44,546 nt of DNA from NCBI GenBank assembly GCA_011391855.1, contig JAABPT010000113.1:1-44546 (forward strand), read 5' to 3'. Shown one piece after another: positions 34,462-44,316 of the stretch. This stretch comes from Burkholderiales bacterium. Lineage in GTDB: Bacteria; Pseudomonadota; Gammaproteobacteria; Burkholderiales; Burkholderiaceae_C. The notes below the pieces were generated by a model. It was given only the letters and a program-made list of their open reading frames with translations, was not told the DNA's origin and made no database searches. How positions within the stretch are numbered: position 1 is the first letter of the stretch; the number at the start of each line of letters is the position of its first letter. Position numbers and translations under genes: made by a program.

Positions 34462-35724
34462 TCAGTCGGCCAGCGCGTCGTCGAGCACCTCCACCCAGTG
34501 CCGCACCGGCGTGGCGGTGCCCGACTGCAAGTGCTGGATGCAGCCGATGTTGGCCGAGACGATGACCTCGGCCTGCAATGGCTGCAGGTTCTGCAGCTTG
34601 CGGTCGCGCAATTGCGTCGCCAGCTCGGGCTGCAGCACGCTGTAGGTGCCGGCCGAGCCGCAGCACAGGTGGCTTTCGCTGGCGGCCAGGCTGACGTCGA
34701 AGCCCAGGGCACCCAGGTGCTTTTCCACGCCGCCGCGCAACTGCTGCCCATGCTGCAGTGTGCACGGGGGGTGGAACGCCAGGCGCATGGCGCTCGTCGC
34801 GCCGGGCCGTGGACGGCCGAGCTTGGACTGCAGCGCCGGCACCAGGTCGGGCAGCAGTTCGCTGATGTCCTTCGTGAGCTCGCCGACGCGGCGCGCCTTG
34901 TCGGCATAGGCCGGATCGTGCGCCAGCGCGTGGCCGTATTCCTTCACGGCGACACCGCAGCCGCTGGCGTTCATGACGATGGCTTCCACCTTGCCCTGCG
35001 AGGTGAGCCCGTCGACCAGCGGCCACCAGGCGTCGATATTGCGCCGCATGTCGGCCAGGCCGCCTGCGGTGTCGCCCAGGTGGGTGCGCAGCGCGCCGCA
35101 GCAGCCGGCGCCGTCGGCCACCAGGGTCTGGATGCCGGCGGCGTCGAGCACACGCGCGGTGGCGCTGTTGACGTTGGGCATCATGGCCGGCTGCACGCAG
35201 CCCAGCAGCAGGAGCACCTTGCGCGGGTGTTGCTGCGTCGGCCAGCGGTGGGCGCGCGCGCCGCCGGGCGCCGGCACCTTGGCCTGCAGCGCGGCCGGCA
35301 GCAGCGGGCGCACCATCTGGCCCATCTTCATGGCCGGGCCGAACAGCGGCGAGGTCAGGCCGGCCTTGAGCAGCCAGCGCACGGCCTTCTCGCCCGCTGG
35401 CCGCGGCACACGTTCCTCGACGATCTTGCGGCCGATATCCACCAGGTGGCCGTAGGCCACGCCGCTGGGGCAGGTGGTTTCGCAGTTGCGGCAGGTCAGG
35501 CAGCGGTCCAGGTGCAGCTGCGTCTTGCGCGTGACGGGCGCGCCTTCCAGCACCTGTTTCATCAGGTAGATGCGGCCGCGCGGGCTGTCGAGTTCGTCGC
35601 CCAGCAGTTGGTAGGTGGGGCAGGTGGCGGTGCAGAAGCCGCAGTGCACGCATTTGCGCAGAATGGCCTCGGCCTCCTCGCCATCGCGCGTGCCCTTGAA
35701 TTCAGGAGCCAGGTTGGTTTGCAT
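34462..35724 (-). CDS. glcF: Glycolate oxidase/dehydrogenase iron-sulfur subunit
   Basis: CVHCGFCTATCP and CLTCRNCETTCP; two CCG domains; SANIGC. Confidence 0.96.
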   Translation of the reverse strand: MQTNLAPEFKGTRDGEEAEAILRKCVHCGFCTATCPTYQLLGDELDSPRGRIYLMKQVLEGAPVTRKTQLHLDRCLTCRNCETTCPSGVAYGHLVDIGRKIVEERVPRPAGEKAVRWLLKAGLTSPLFGPAMKMGQMVRPLLPAALQAKVPAPGGARAHRWPTQQHPRKVLLLLGCVQPAMMPNVNSATARVLDAAGIQTLVADGAGCCGALRTHLGDTAGGLADMRRNIDAWWPLVDGLTSQGKVEAIVMNASGCGVAVKEYGHALAHDPAYADKARRVGELTKDISELLPDLVPALQSKLGRPRPGATSAMRLAFHPPCTLQHGQQLRGGVEKHLGALGFDVSLAASESHLCCGSAGTYSVLQPELATQLRDRKLQNLQPLQAEVIVSANIGCIQHLQSGTATPVRHWVEVLDDALAD

Positions 35725-35763
35725 GGGCCGGGTGGGGATTGCGTCGGGAGTTGGGGGTCGGGG

Positions 35764-36477
35764 TCAGAACAGGCGGGCCATGAAGGGCATCAGCAGCGCG
35801 GCCAGCAGCACCTGCAGACCCAGGCCCAGCGCCGCATAGGCGCCGGCCTCGGGATGCACCTGCAGCGCCCGCGCCGCGCCCACGCCGTGCGAGGCGGTGC
35901 CCAGGGCGAAGCCGCGCACGGCGGGCGGCTTGATGCGCGCCGCGTCCAGCAGCATCTTGGCGGTGATGGCGCCCACCAGGCCGGTGAGCACCGCGAAGAC
36001 TGCCGCCAACGCCGGGATGCCCCCCAGTTGCTCGGCGATGCCCATGGCCACCGGCGCGGTCACCGACTTCGGTGCCAGCGACGCGATCACCTCGCGCGGC
36101 AGGCCCAGCGCCCAGCCGATACCCACCGCACTGCCGCTGGCGGCGGCCCCGCCGGCCAGCGCCGCCAGCAGCAGGGCACCGGCGCGCGACCGCAATTCGG
36201 CGCGGCGTTGCCACAGCGGCCAGGCCAGCGCCACCACGGCCGGGCCGAGCAGGAAGTGGATGAACTGCGCGCCAGAGAAATAGGTTTCGTAGGGCATGCC
36301 GGTGGCGCCCAGCAGCCCCGCCAGGACCACCACCGACCACAGCACCGGGTTGGCCCAGGGTGCGCGCTCCAGCCGTTCGTACAGCAGCGATGCCGCCACG
36401 TAGACCGCCAGCGTGGCCGTCAGGCCGAACAGCGGCGTAGCGGACAGGTAGACCCAAAGCTGGACGACGTCGTTCAT
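35764..36477 (-). CDS. lrgB: LrgB-family membrane protein
   Basis: LLGPAVVALAWPL, SLAPKSVTAPVAMG, GFALGTASHGVG. Confidence 0.93.
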   Translation of the reverse strand: MNDVVQLWVYLSATPLFGLTATLAVYVAASLLYERLERAPWANPVLWSVVVLAGLLGATGMPYETYFSGAQFIHFLLGPAVVALAWPLWQRRAELRSRAGALLLAALAGGAAASGSAVGIGWALGLPREVIASLAPKSVTAPVAMGIAEQLGGIPALAAVFAVLTGLVGAITAKMLLDAARIKPPAVRGFALGTASHGVGAARALQVHPEAGAYAALGLGLQVLLAALLMPFMARLF

Positions 36478-36487
36478 CGTGGTGGCC

Positions 36488-36850
36488 CTACGGCGCCAGC
36501 CGCGCGGCGCTTTCCCGCGGCAGCAGCGCGCGCAACACCCACGCGGCCACCAGCAGCCCGATCCAGGTGGACAGCACCAGCGCCACCAGCATCTGCACGC
36601 CGTACTGGCCGACCAGCCCCAGGTGGCCGATCACGCCCACGCCCACCGGCACGAACAGCAGCGACAGGTGGCCCAGCAGCGGCTGCGCCGCCACCTCCAC
36701 AGGCACGCGCACTGCCGGCCACTGCAGCAACGCGCCCAGCAGCACGAGCCCCAGCACCGGCCCGGGCAAGGGCAGCCCCGCCGCGCGCGCCAGCAATTCA
36801 CCGGCCGACTGGCACAGCAGCAGCAGGGTGAAGCCCTTCAGCGCGTCCAT
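36488..36850 (-). CDS. lrgA: CidA/LrgA-family membrane protein
   Basis: CQSAGE, LPLPGPVLGLVLL, HLSLLFVPVGVG. Confidence 0.92.
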   Translation of the reverse strand: MDALKGFTLLLLCQSAGELLARAAGLPLPGPVLGLVLLGALLQWPAVRVPVEVAAQPLLGHLSLLFVPVGVGVIGHLGLVGQYGVQMLVALVLSTWIGLLVAAWVLRALLPRESAARLAP

Positions 36851-36863
36851 GCCCGCGGCCGGC

Positions 36864-38015
36864 TCACAGCCCCGGCACCAGGCGGCCGGGGTTGAAGAGG
36901 CCGTCGGGGTCGAAGGCCTTCTTCAGTTCGCGGTGGATGCGGTCCAGCGGCGGCGTCAGCGGCGCGAAGGCGCCCGCGCTCTTGTCGGTGGCGCGGAACA
37001 GCACGGCGTGTCCGCCCGCGGCCACAGCGGCGTGACGCAACGTGGCGGCCGGCGCCGTGGTGCAGATCCAGCGTTGCGCGCCGCCCCATTCCACGAGCTG
37101 CTCGCCCGACAAGGCCAGCGGCGGCGTGGTCGCCGGCACCGAAAGCCGCCACAAGCTGGCGCCGCCTGCCACGGCGCGCAGCGCACCGACGAAGAATTCG
37201 TCGCGGTGGTCGCGCAGCCCTTGCCAGAAGGCGGCAGCGAGCACCGGGTCGACCACCTCGCCGCCGATCCTGGCCTGCGCCGCACGCACTGCCGCTCCGG
37301 CGCCCGACAGCCGCAGGACCAGCGTGCCTTCCCACCAGGCGCTGGCATTCAGCGGCAGCGGCTGGCCACCCCATTCGTTCAGGCGCTTGACGGCGGTGGC
37401 GGCGTCCATTTCCAGCCGCAGCGTCAGCGTTGCGGGTGCCACGGGCAGCACCTTCAACGACACCTCGCAAAGCACGCCCAGGATGCCCATCGACCCAGCC
37501 AACATGCGCGACACGTCGTAGCCGGCCACGTTCTTCATGACCGTGCCGCCGAAGCTCAGCAGCTCGGCGCGGCCGTTCAGCAGCTTGGCGCCGAGCACAT
37601 AGTCGCGCACGCCACCCACCGCCGCGCGCGCCGGGCCGGCCAACCCAGAGGCGACCATGCCGCCCACGGTGCCGCCGGGAGGCGGCATCTCTCCGGAGCC
37701 ATTGCCGCCGAGTGGCGGAACCGTTCTGGAGCTGTGGCCGCCTGCGGCAAAACGCGGCGGCTCGAAAGGCAGGCACTGGCCTTTCTCGGCCAGCGCCGCT
37801 TCCAGTTCCGCCAGCGGCGTGCCGCAGCGCACGGTGACGACGAGTTCGCTCGGCTCGTAGCTGCTGATGCCGGCCAAGGGTGCCACGTCCAGCGGCTCGC
37901 CATTTGGCGGCCCGCCGAAAAAGGCCTTGGTGCCGCCGCCACGGATGTCGAGCGGGGTCTTGTCGGCGCGCGCCGCCTGCACCTGTTCGACGAGTCGATC
38001 CAGTGCCGCATCCAT
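36864..38015 (-). CDS. glcE: Glycolate oxidase/dehydrogenase FAD-binding subunit
   Basis: IRGGGTK, YEPSELVVT, PFEPP, GGTVMKNVAGYD, EWGGAQRW, FDPDGLFNPGR; ATG overlaps the glcD stop. Confidence 0.95.
   Translation of the reverse strand: MDAALDRLVEQVQAARADKTPLDIRGGGTKAFFGGPPNGEPLDVAPLAGISSYEPSELVVTVRCGTPLAELEAALAEKGQCLPFEPPRFAAGGHSSRTVPPLGGNGSGEMPPPGGTVGGMVASGLAGPARAAVGGVRDYVLGAKLLNGRAELLSFGGTVMKNVAGYDVSRMLAGSMGILGVLCEVSLKVLPVAPATLTLRLEMDAATAVKRLNEWGGQPLPLNASAWWEGTLVLRLSGAGAAVRAAQARIGGEVVDPVLAAAFWQGLRDHRDEFFVGALRAVAGGASLWRLSVPATTPPLALSGEQLVEWGGAQRWICTTAPAATLRHAAVAAGGHAVLFRATDKSAGAFAPLTPPLDRIHRELKKAFDPDGLFNPGRLVPGL
37680..37743. repeat. 64-bp imperfect palindrome inserted in frame in glcE
   Basis: Nested stems AGGCGGC/GCCGCCT, CTCCGGA/TCTGGAG and CCGCC-GAGT-GGCGG; coincides with the extra peptide GHSSRTVPPLGGNGSGEMPP. 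Confidence 0.6.
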
Positions 38016-39508
38016 CAGAACCGCTCCAGTTCCGGAAACGGCAGCAGCCCCCCCTTCACGTGCATCTTTCCGTATTCGGCGCAGCGCTGCAGCGTGGGAA
38101 TCACCTTGCCGGGGTTGAGCAGTTCGCCGGGGTCGAAAGCGCGCTTGACGGCGAAGAACTGCTCGCGTTCCTCGGTGCTGAACTGCACGCACATGCTGCT
38201 GAGCTTTTCCACGCCCACGCCGTGCTCGCCGGTGACGGTGCCGCCGAGCGCCACGCTGGTTTCCAGGATGTCGGCGCCGAAGAGTTCGCAGCGGTGCAGC
38301 TGGTCGGGGTCGTTGGCGTCGAACAGGATCAGCGGGTGCAGGTTGCCGTCACCGGCGTGGAAGACGTTGCAACACTTGAGGCCGTATTTCTGTTCCATGC
38401 CGGCAATGGCCAGCAGGATGTCGGCCAGCCGCTTGCGCGGGATGGTGCTGTCCATGCACATGTAGTCCGGGCTGATGCGGCCCGAAGCCGGGAACGCGTT
38501 CTTGCGCCCGCTCCAGAATTTCAGTCGCTGCGCCTCGTCCTTGCTCACTTCCAAACGCGTGGCCCCGGCGCCCGAAAGCACGTCGAGCATGCGGTCGATT
38601 TCCTCGGCCACTTCCTCGGGCGTGCCGTCGCTTTCGCACAGCAGGATGGCCACCGCGTCCAGGTCGTAGCCGGCGTGCACGTAGTCTTCCACCGCCGCCG
38701 TCATGGGCTTGTCCATCATCTCCAGCCCGGCCGGGATGATGCCGGCGGCGATGATCGCGGCCACCGCGTCGCCGGCCTTGCGGATGTCGTCGAAGCTGGC
38801 CATGATGCAACGCGCCAGCAGCGGCTTGGGCACCAGCTTCACGGTCACTTCCAACGTCACCGCCAGCATGCCTTCGCTGCCCACCACCAGCGGCAGCAGG
38901 TCCAGCCCCGGTACGTCGAGCGCCTCGGAGCCGAAGCTCACCGGCTCGCCCTGTACCGTGAGGCCGCGCACCCGCATCACGTTGTGCAGCGTGAGGCCGT
39001 ATTTCAGGCAGTGAACGCCGCCGGCGTTTTCGGCCACGTTGCCCCCGATGGTGCAGGCGATCTGGCTGCTCGGGTCGGGCGCGTAGTACAGGCCGTAGGG
39101 CGCCGCCGCTTCGCTGATGGCCAGGTTGCGCACGCCGGCCTGCACGGTGGCCGTGCGAGCGGCGCGGTCGACGTGCAGGATCTTGTTGAACTTGGCCAGG
39201 CTCAGCGTCACGCCCATCGGGTTGGGCAGGGCACCGCCGCTCAAGCCCGTACCGGCGCCGCGTGCCACCACCGGCAGCTTCAGCGCGTGGCAGGCTTTCA
39301 GTGCGGCAGCGACCTGGGCCTCGGTCTCGGGCAGCGCCACCACGAGCGGGCGCTCGCGGTAGGCCGTGAGGCCGTCGCATTCATAAGGAATGGTGTCCTC
39401 GCTCTGCCACAGCAGCGCGTGGGCAGGCAGCACGGCGGAGAGGGCGGCGACGGCCTCGCGCTGGCGTTCGGCACGCGAGGCGGCTTCCGGGGGCTGGGGG
39501 GCGTTCAT
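38015..39508 (-). CDS. glcD: Glycolate oxidase/dehydrogenase subunit GlcD
   Basis: YECDGL, RGAGTGLSGG, APDPSSQIAC, GGVHCLKYG, HAGDGNLHP, GEHGVGVEK. Confidence 0.95.
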   Translation of the reverse strand: MNAPQPPEAASRAERQREAVAALSAVLPAHALLWQSEDTIPYECDGLTAYRERPLVVALPETEAQVAAALKACHALKLPVVARGAGTGLSGGALPNPMGVTLSLAKFNKILHVDRAARTATVQAGVRNLAISEAAAPYGLYYAPDPSSQIACTIGGNVAENAGGVHCLKYGLTLHNVMRVRGLTVQGEPVSFGSEALDVPGLDLLPLVVGSEGMLAVTLEVTVKLVPKPLLARCIMASFDDIRKAGDAVAAIIAAGIIPAGLEMMDKPMTAAVEDYVHAGYDLDAVAILLCESDGTPEEVAEEIDRMLDVLSGAGATRLEVSKDEAQRLKFWSGRKNAFPASGRISPDYMCMDSTIPRKRLADILLAIAGMEQKYGLKCCNVFHAGDGNLHPLILFDANDPDQLHRCELFGADILETSVALGGTVTGEHGVGVEKLSSMCVQFSTEEREQFFAVKRAFDPGELLNPGKVIPTLQRCAEYGKMHVKGGLLPFPELERF

Positions 39509-39576
39509 GCCCTGCACTGTAGCGGCTGCGCCCGTGGCCCGGACCCCACGCTGGGGTCAGGATTGAATCGACTGCG

Positions 39577-39831
39577 TCATGCGGGATCGCCTGCGCCACG
39601 CGGCAGGTGCAGCTTCATGCCCTCGTGCGAAGCCACGAAGCCCAGGCCTTCATGGAAACCGGTGGCGTCGAAGGCGTCGTGGTCACAGCGCGGCAGCGGC
39701 GACGTATTCGATTCGCGCAGCGCGCCCAGCGGGTCGTCGGCCAGCATGGCGACGATGGCGGGCAGGTCATCGCGCGTGGCGCGGCGGAACAGCAGCGCGG
39801 CCCCATCCAGGGGCTGGCGGCCGGCGGGCAT
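39577..39831 (-). pseudogene. GNAT acetyltransferase with an internal in-frame deletion
   Basis: N-terminus FRRATRDDLPAIVAMLADDPLG is joined directly to C-terminus FHEGLGFVASHEGMKL; the acetyl-CoA motif A is absent; only 84 aa. Confidence 0.7.
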
Positions 39832-41025
39832 TCAGGCCTGCCCCGTGAAGACCGTCAGCACCCCCGTGTAGCCGTACAGGTGCTGGTGCGCGATTTCGCC
39901 GCCGGCGAAGAAGCCGGCCAGCGGCACCTCGCCCAAGGCGTGCTGCACGATCTTCAATTCCGCCGAAGGGCCGCCGAAGTGCGGCCCGCCGCGGCCGGCG
40001 CAGCTGACATACAGCGCGCCGAGGATGCGCCGCGCCGGCTCGTCGGGCACATCGAGTTCGTCGCGGATTTCGCTGCAGATGCGCACCAGGTCGCGCCGTG
40101 CCGCGGCCACGTCGCGCTGGCAGAACGCAACGCGCATGCCGGGCTGCAGCTGCTCGGCCACCGCCACCGCGCGGCGCCCGGGGTCCAGGCCGATGAGATG
40201 ACGCACACGCACGTCGTCGCCGAAGGCGCGGTGCCGCGTCGTCACGGCCGCGCTGGCGCCGGGCGCCGCGGCGTCCGTGGCGGCGCCGGTGACGCCCACC
40301 AGCGTGGCGCGCAGCCGCGGCAAGGCCTGGCGCGGGTCGTCCAGGGCCGGCAACCCCAGGTCGGCGAGCAGGCTGGGCAGCGCCGGCTGGCCGTCGAGTT
40401 CGACAATGATGTTGCGCTCGCAGGCGGTGACCTCGCGCGTGGGTCCCACCGGCTGGCAGCCCTGCGTCACGCGCGAGACCAGTGCCACGTCTTCGGTGAA
40501 GGCCACGCCCGACAGCCCGCCCTGCCACACGCCGTCGGCGATGTGCACCGCGGCCCCGCGCGACGACGCCAGGCCGCCAAAGAGGTAGCCCGATGTGGTG
40601 CGGTCGCTCATCTCCACGATCAGCTCGGCCAGGTCGGGCGTGGCCGGGTCGGCGTGCACCAAAGCGCTGTAGGGCTCGATGCGCTGCAGCTTGCGCGCCC
40701 CCGAGAAGACCTCGAAACGCCCCGGCGGCAAGGCCGCCAGCATCAGCACCAGCGCCGGTTCGTCGAAATATTCCACGCCGCTGGCACACACGCCCACGCC
40801 GACGCTGCCCACCCAGGCCAGCTCGGGCCAGCGCTCGCGCAGCGCCGCCAGCAAGGCTTCGGCAAAGACGGCGTAGTGGTCGGTGAAATAGACGAAGCCC
40901 AGCGTCAGCGGGCCGGCGCCGCTGGCTTCATGCCGCTCGCGCTGAGCGTCGAGCTGCATGGCGGCCAGCGCCAGCGCCGCCTTCCAGTCGGGGTGCGTGG
41001 CGTGGCCGACCAGGAAGCCGGACAT
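39832..41025 (-). CDS. FIST signal-transduction domain protein
   Basis: GFVYFTD, EYFDEPAL, GYLFGGL, RVTQGCQPVG, LYVSCAGRG, GFFAGGEI. Confidence 0.92.
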   Translation of the reverse strand: MSGFLVGHATHPDWKAALALAAMQLDAQRERHEASGAGPLTLGFVYFTDHYAVFAEALLAALRERWPELAWVGSVGVGVCASGVEYFDEPALVLMLAALPPGRFEVFSGARKLQRIEPYSALVHADPATPDLAELIVEMSDRTTSGYLFGGLASSRGAAVHIADGVWQGGLSGVAFTEDVALVSRVTQGCQPVGPTREVTACERNIIVELDGQPALPSLLADLGLPALDDPRQALPRLRATLVGVTGAATDAAAPGASAAVTTRHRAFGDDVRVRHLIGLDPGRRAVAVAEQLQPGMRVAFCQRDVAAARRDLVRICSEIRDELDVPDEPARRILGALYVSCAGRGGPHFGGPSAELKIVQHALGEVPLAGFFAGGEIAHQHLYGYTGVLTVFTGQA

Positions 41026-41042
41026 GGCAGGCGCCTGAGCGT

Positions 41043-41660
41043 TCAAGCGCTGCGCTTGCGCGACACGGTCGCGCGCTTGGCGGCAGCCGTCGTCTTGGCC
41101 GGCGCCTTCTTCGCGCTGGCGCGGGTGGGCGCCGACGCGGACAGTTCGGGCGCGCTCGTCGAATCGAGCCCGGTTTCCCTCATGGCCTTGGACGCGATCT
41201 CGGTGAACTGCTGTGTCAGCGCACCCCACCACTGCATGGGGTCGACGACGCTGCCGACCGGTTTGGCCGCAGGAGACTCGGCCGCTGCGGCCTCGGGCGC
41301 TGGTGCCGGGGCGGGCGGAGGCGGTGCGGGTGGTGGCGGCGGTGGCGGCGGCGGCGCAGGCGTCTTGATGCGCAAGGCCTCGCTCAGTTCCGACAGCGGC
41401 AGGTTCATGGTCTGCAGCGTGGAAAGCGTCATGCGCTGCACCTCCAGCGCCTGGATGGTGGTCGCCAGCAGGCGCGCGTTCTGCTCCAGCCAGAACTGCA
41501 CGGTGCGCAATTCGCTGATGCGCTTTTCCAGTTCCTGCGGGTCCAGCGTGGGCGCGATCCACTGCCCCATGCCGGGCACCGCGGCGCCCGCGCCCTTGAT
41601 CAGGCTCTGAAGAAAGTCGAAGCCCGGCACCATCTTGGCAAAGTCGCCTGCACCCGTCAT
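41043..41660 (-). CDS. phaM: PHA granule-associated nucleoid-anchoring protein PhaM
   Basis: VPGFDFLQ, WIAPTLDPQELEKRISELRTVQFWLEQN, DPMQWWGALTQQF; Lys/Ala-rich AKKAPAK tail. Confidence 0.85.
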   Translation of the reverse strand: MTGAGDFAKMVPGFDFLQSLIKGAGAAVPGMGQWIAPTLDPQELEKRISELRTVQFWLEQNARLLATTIQALEVQRMTLSTLQTMNLPLSELSEALRIKTPAPPPPPPPPPAPPPPAPAPAPEAAAAESPAAKPVGSVVDPMQWWGALTQQFTEIASKAMRETGLDSTSAPELSASAPTRASAKKAPAKTTAAAKRATVSRKRSA

Positions 41661-41743
41661 GTCGCGTCTCCTCGATGTCGTTGCGGTAGGGACCCGTGCA
41701 TTGTGCGCCGAGCCCGCACCCCCGGATGCCCGCGTTGGGCGCA

Positions 41744-41761
41744 GCTCAGCGGCTCAGCGGC

Positions 41762-41767
<6 letters not shown>
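41744..41767. repeat. (GCTCAGCG)x3 tandem repeat containing the TraB stop codon
   Basis: Copies at 41744, 41752 and 41760. Confidence 0.8.
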
Positions 41768-42780
<1,013 letters not shown>

Positions 42781-42784
<4 letters not shown>

Positions 42785-43269
42785 CGCGCCGCCCCGTGCA
42801 GGTCCACGCGCAACAGGCCCTCGCCCTGCTGCCAGCGCAGGCGGCCGAGCACGTCCATGCCCAGCAGCGGCGCGGCCAGCCCGGGCAAGGCCACCATGCG
42901 CAGCCGCTCGGCGCTGACGCCGCCGTCCAGTTGCAGATCGCCCACCACCACGGTGCCGGTGACCGGACCGCCCGCGGTTTGCGAGCGCACACTCCCACGT
43001 TGCTCCAAGCCCAGACTTCGCGCCAGTGATTCCGGGATCGCCGTGCCGGTGGCCCCGGTGTCGACCAGGAAGTCCACGCGGCGGCCATCGATGCTGCCCG
43101 GCCAGTGGTAGTGGCCGTCGGCGGCGCGGCGGATTTCCACCGTGTCGCCTTCGACCACGAAGCGCGTCGCCGCCTCGTTGCGCATCCAGGCCTGCACGCC
43201 CAGGAAGATGCCCACCGCCAGCAGCAGCCAGACGGTGCTGTGCTTCACCCAGCCGGGCAGGTCGGTCAC
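42781..43269 (-). CDS. Retropepsin-like (clan AA) aspartic protease, membrane-anchored
   Basis: DGHY, FLVDTGAT, LLGMDVL; N-terminal TM segment. Confidence 0.92.
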
Positions 43270-43281
43270 GACGCGCGTACC

Positions 43282-44268
43282 TCAGGCGGCCAGCGGCGCC
43301 ACGCGCTGGTCGATGGCGCCGAAGACGCTCAGGCCGTCGCGGCCGAGCATCTCGATGCGGATGGTGTCGCCGAACTGCATGAAGGCAGTTTTCGGCGCGC
43401 CGCTTTCGATGGTTTCGATGGCGCGCTGCTCGGCGATGCAGCTCCAGCCGCGGCTCCAGTCCTGGTTGCTCACGGTGCCGCTGCCGACGATGCTGCCTGC
43501 GCGCAGGCAGCGCGTTTTGGCCACATGCGCGATGAGCTGGCCGAAGTGGAAGCTCATTTCCGGGCCGGCCTCGGTCAGGCCCACGCGGCGGCCGTTCCAA
43601 CGGCTTTCCAGCGCCAGGTGCACGCGCCCGCCCTGCCAGGCGTCGCCCAGCTCGTCGGGTGTGACCGCCACCGGGCCGAAGGCGGTGGCCGGCTTGCTTT
43701 GCAGGAAGCCGAAGCCCTTGGCCAGCTCGGCCGGGATCAGGTGGCGCAAGCTCCAGTCGTTGACCAGCATGAGCAAGCGCACACTCTCCAGCGCAGCGGC
43801 CGGCGTGGCGCCGATGGGCACGTCGCCGGTGACCACGGCCAGTTCGGATTCGAAGTCGATGCCCCACTCGGTGCTGGCGAACACGGCGTCGTCGGTGGGG
43901 CCCAGGAAGTCGTCGCTGCCGCCTTGGTATATGAGTGGGTCTTCTTGGAAGCTGGCCGGCATCTCGGCGCCGCGCGCCTTGCGCACCAGTGCCACATGGT
44001 TCAGGTAGGCCGAGCCGTCGGCCCATTGAAAGGCTCGCGGCAACGGCGCCATGCACTGGCGCGGGTCGAAGTCGAAGGCATGGCGCGCCTTGCCGCCGTT
44101 GAGCGTGGCGTACAAATCCTCGAGCTGCGGCGAAAGGAAGTTCCAGTCGTCGAGCAGGCGCTGCAGGGTGCCGGCGATGCCGGTGGCGAAGTGCGCGCGG
44201 CTGAGGTCGCGCGATACCACGGCCAGCTGGCCGTCGCGCGAACCGTCCTTCAGGGTGGCGAGTTTCAT
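43282..44268 (-). CDS. Fumarylacetoacetate hydrolase-family protein
   Basis: MKLATLKDGSRDGQL, QWADGSAY, IDFESEL, NDWSLR, GSGTVSN. Confidence 0.92.
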   Translation of the reverse strand: MKLATLKDGSRDGQLAVVSRDLSRAHFATGIAGTLQRLLDDWNFLSPQLEDLYATLNGGKARHAFDFDPRQCMAPLPRAFQWADGSAYLNHVALVRKARGAEMPASFQEDPLIYQGGSDDFLGPTDDAVFASTEWGIDFESELAVVTGDVPIGATPAAALESVRLLMLVNDWSLRHLIPAELAKGFGFLQSKPATAFGPVAVTPDELGDAWQGGRVHLALESRWNGRRVGLTEAGPEMSFHFGQLIAHVAKTRCLRAGSIVGSGTVSNQDWSRGWSCIAEQRAIETIESGAPKTAFMQFGDTIRIEMLGRDGLSVFGAIDQRVAPLAA

Positions 44269-44316
44269 GCGGAAGCGGGATATCGGCGCCCGGGGGCAGG
44301 GTGGCAGTATTGTGGA

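Noticed and set aside
35764-36850. lrgA/lrgB as a prophage holin/antiholin lysis cassette
   Set aside because: No endolysin or phage genes nearby; the pair sits inside a metabolic operon.
27209-39508. gph plus glcDEF as a dedicated phosphoglycolate-salvage cluster
   Set aside because: gph normally sits beside trpE, lies on the opposite strand and is over 6 kb away; proximity alone is not evidence.
41300-41360. GGC/GGT-rich run as a separate repeat element
   Set aside because: It encodes the poly-Pro linker of PhaM on the minus strand.
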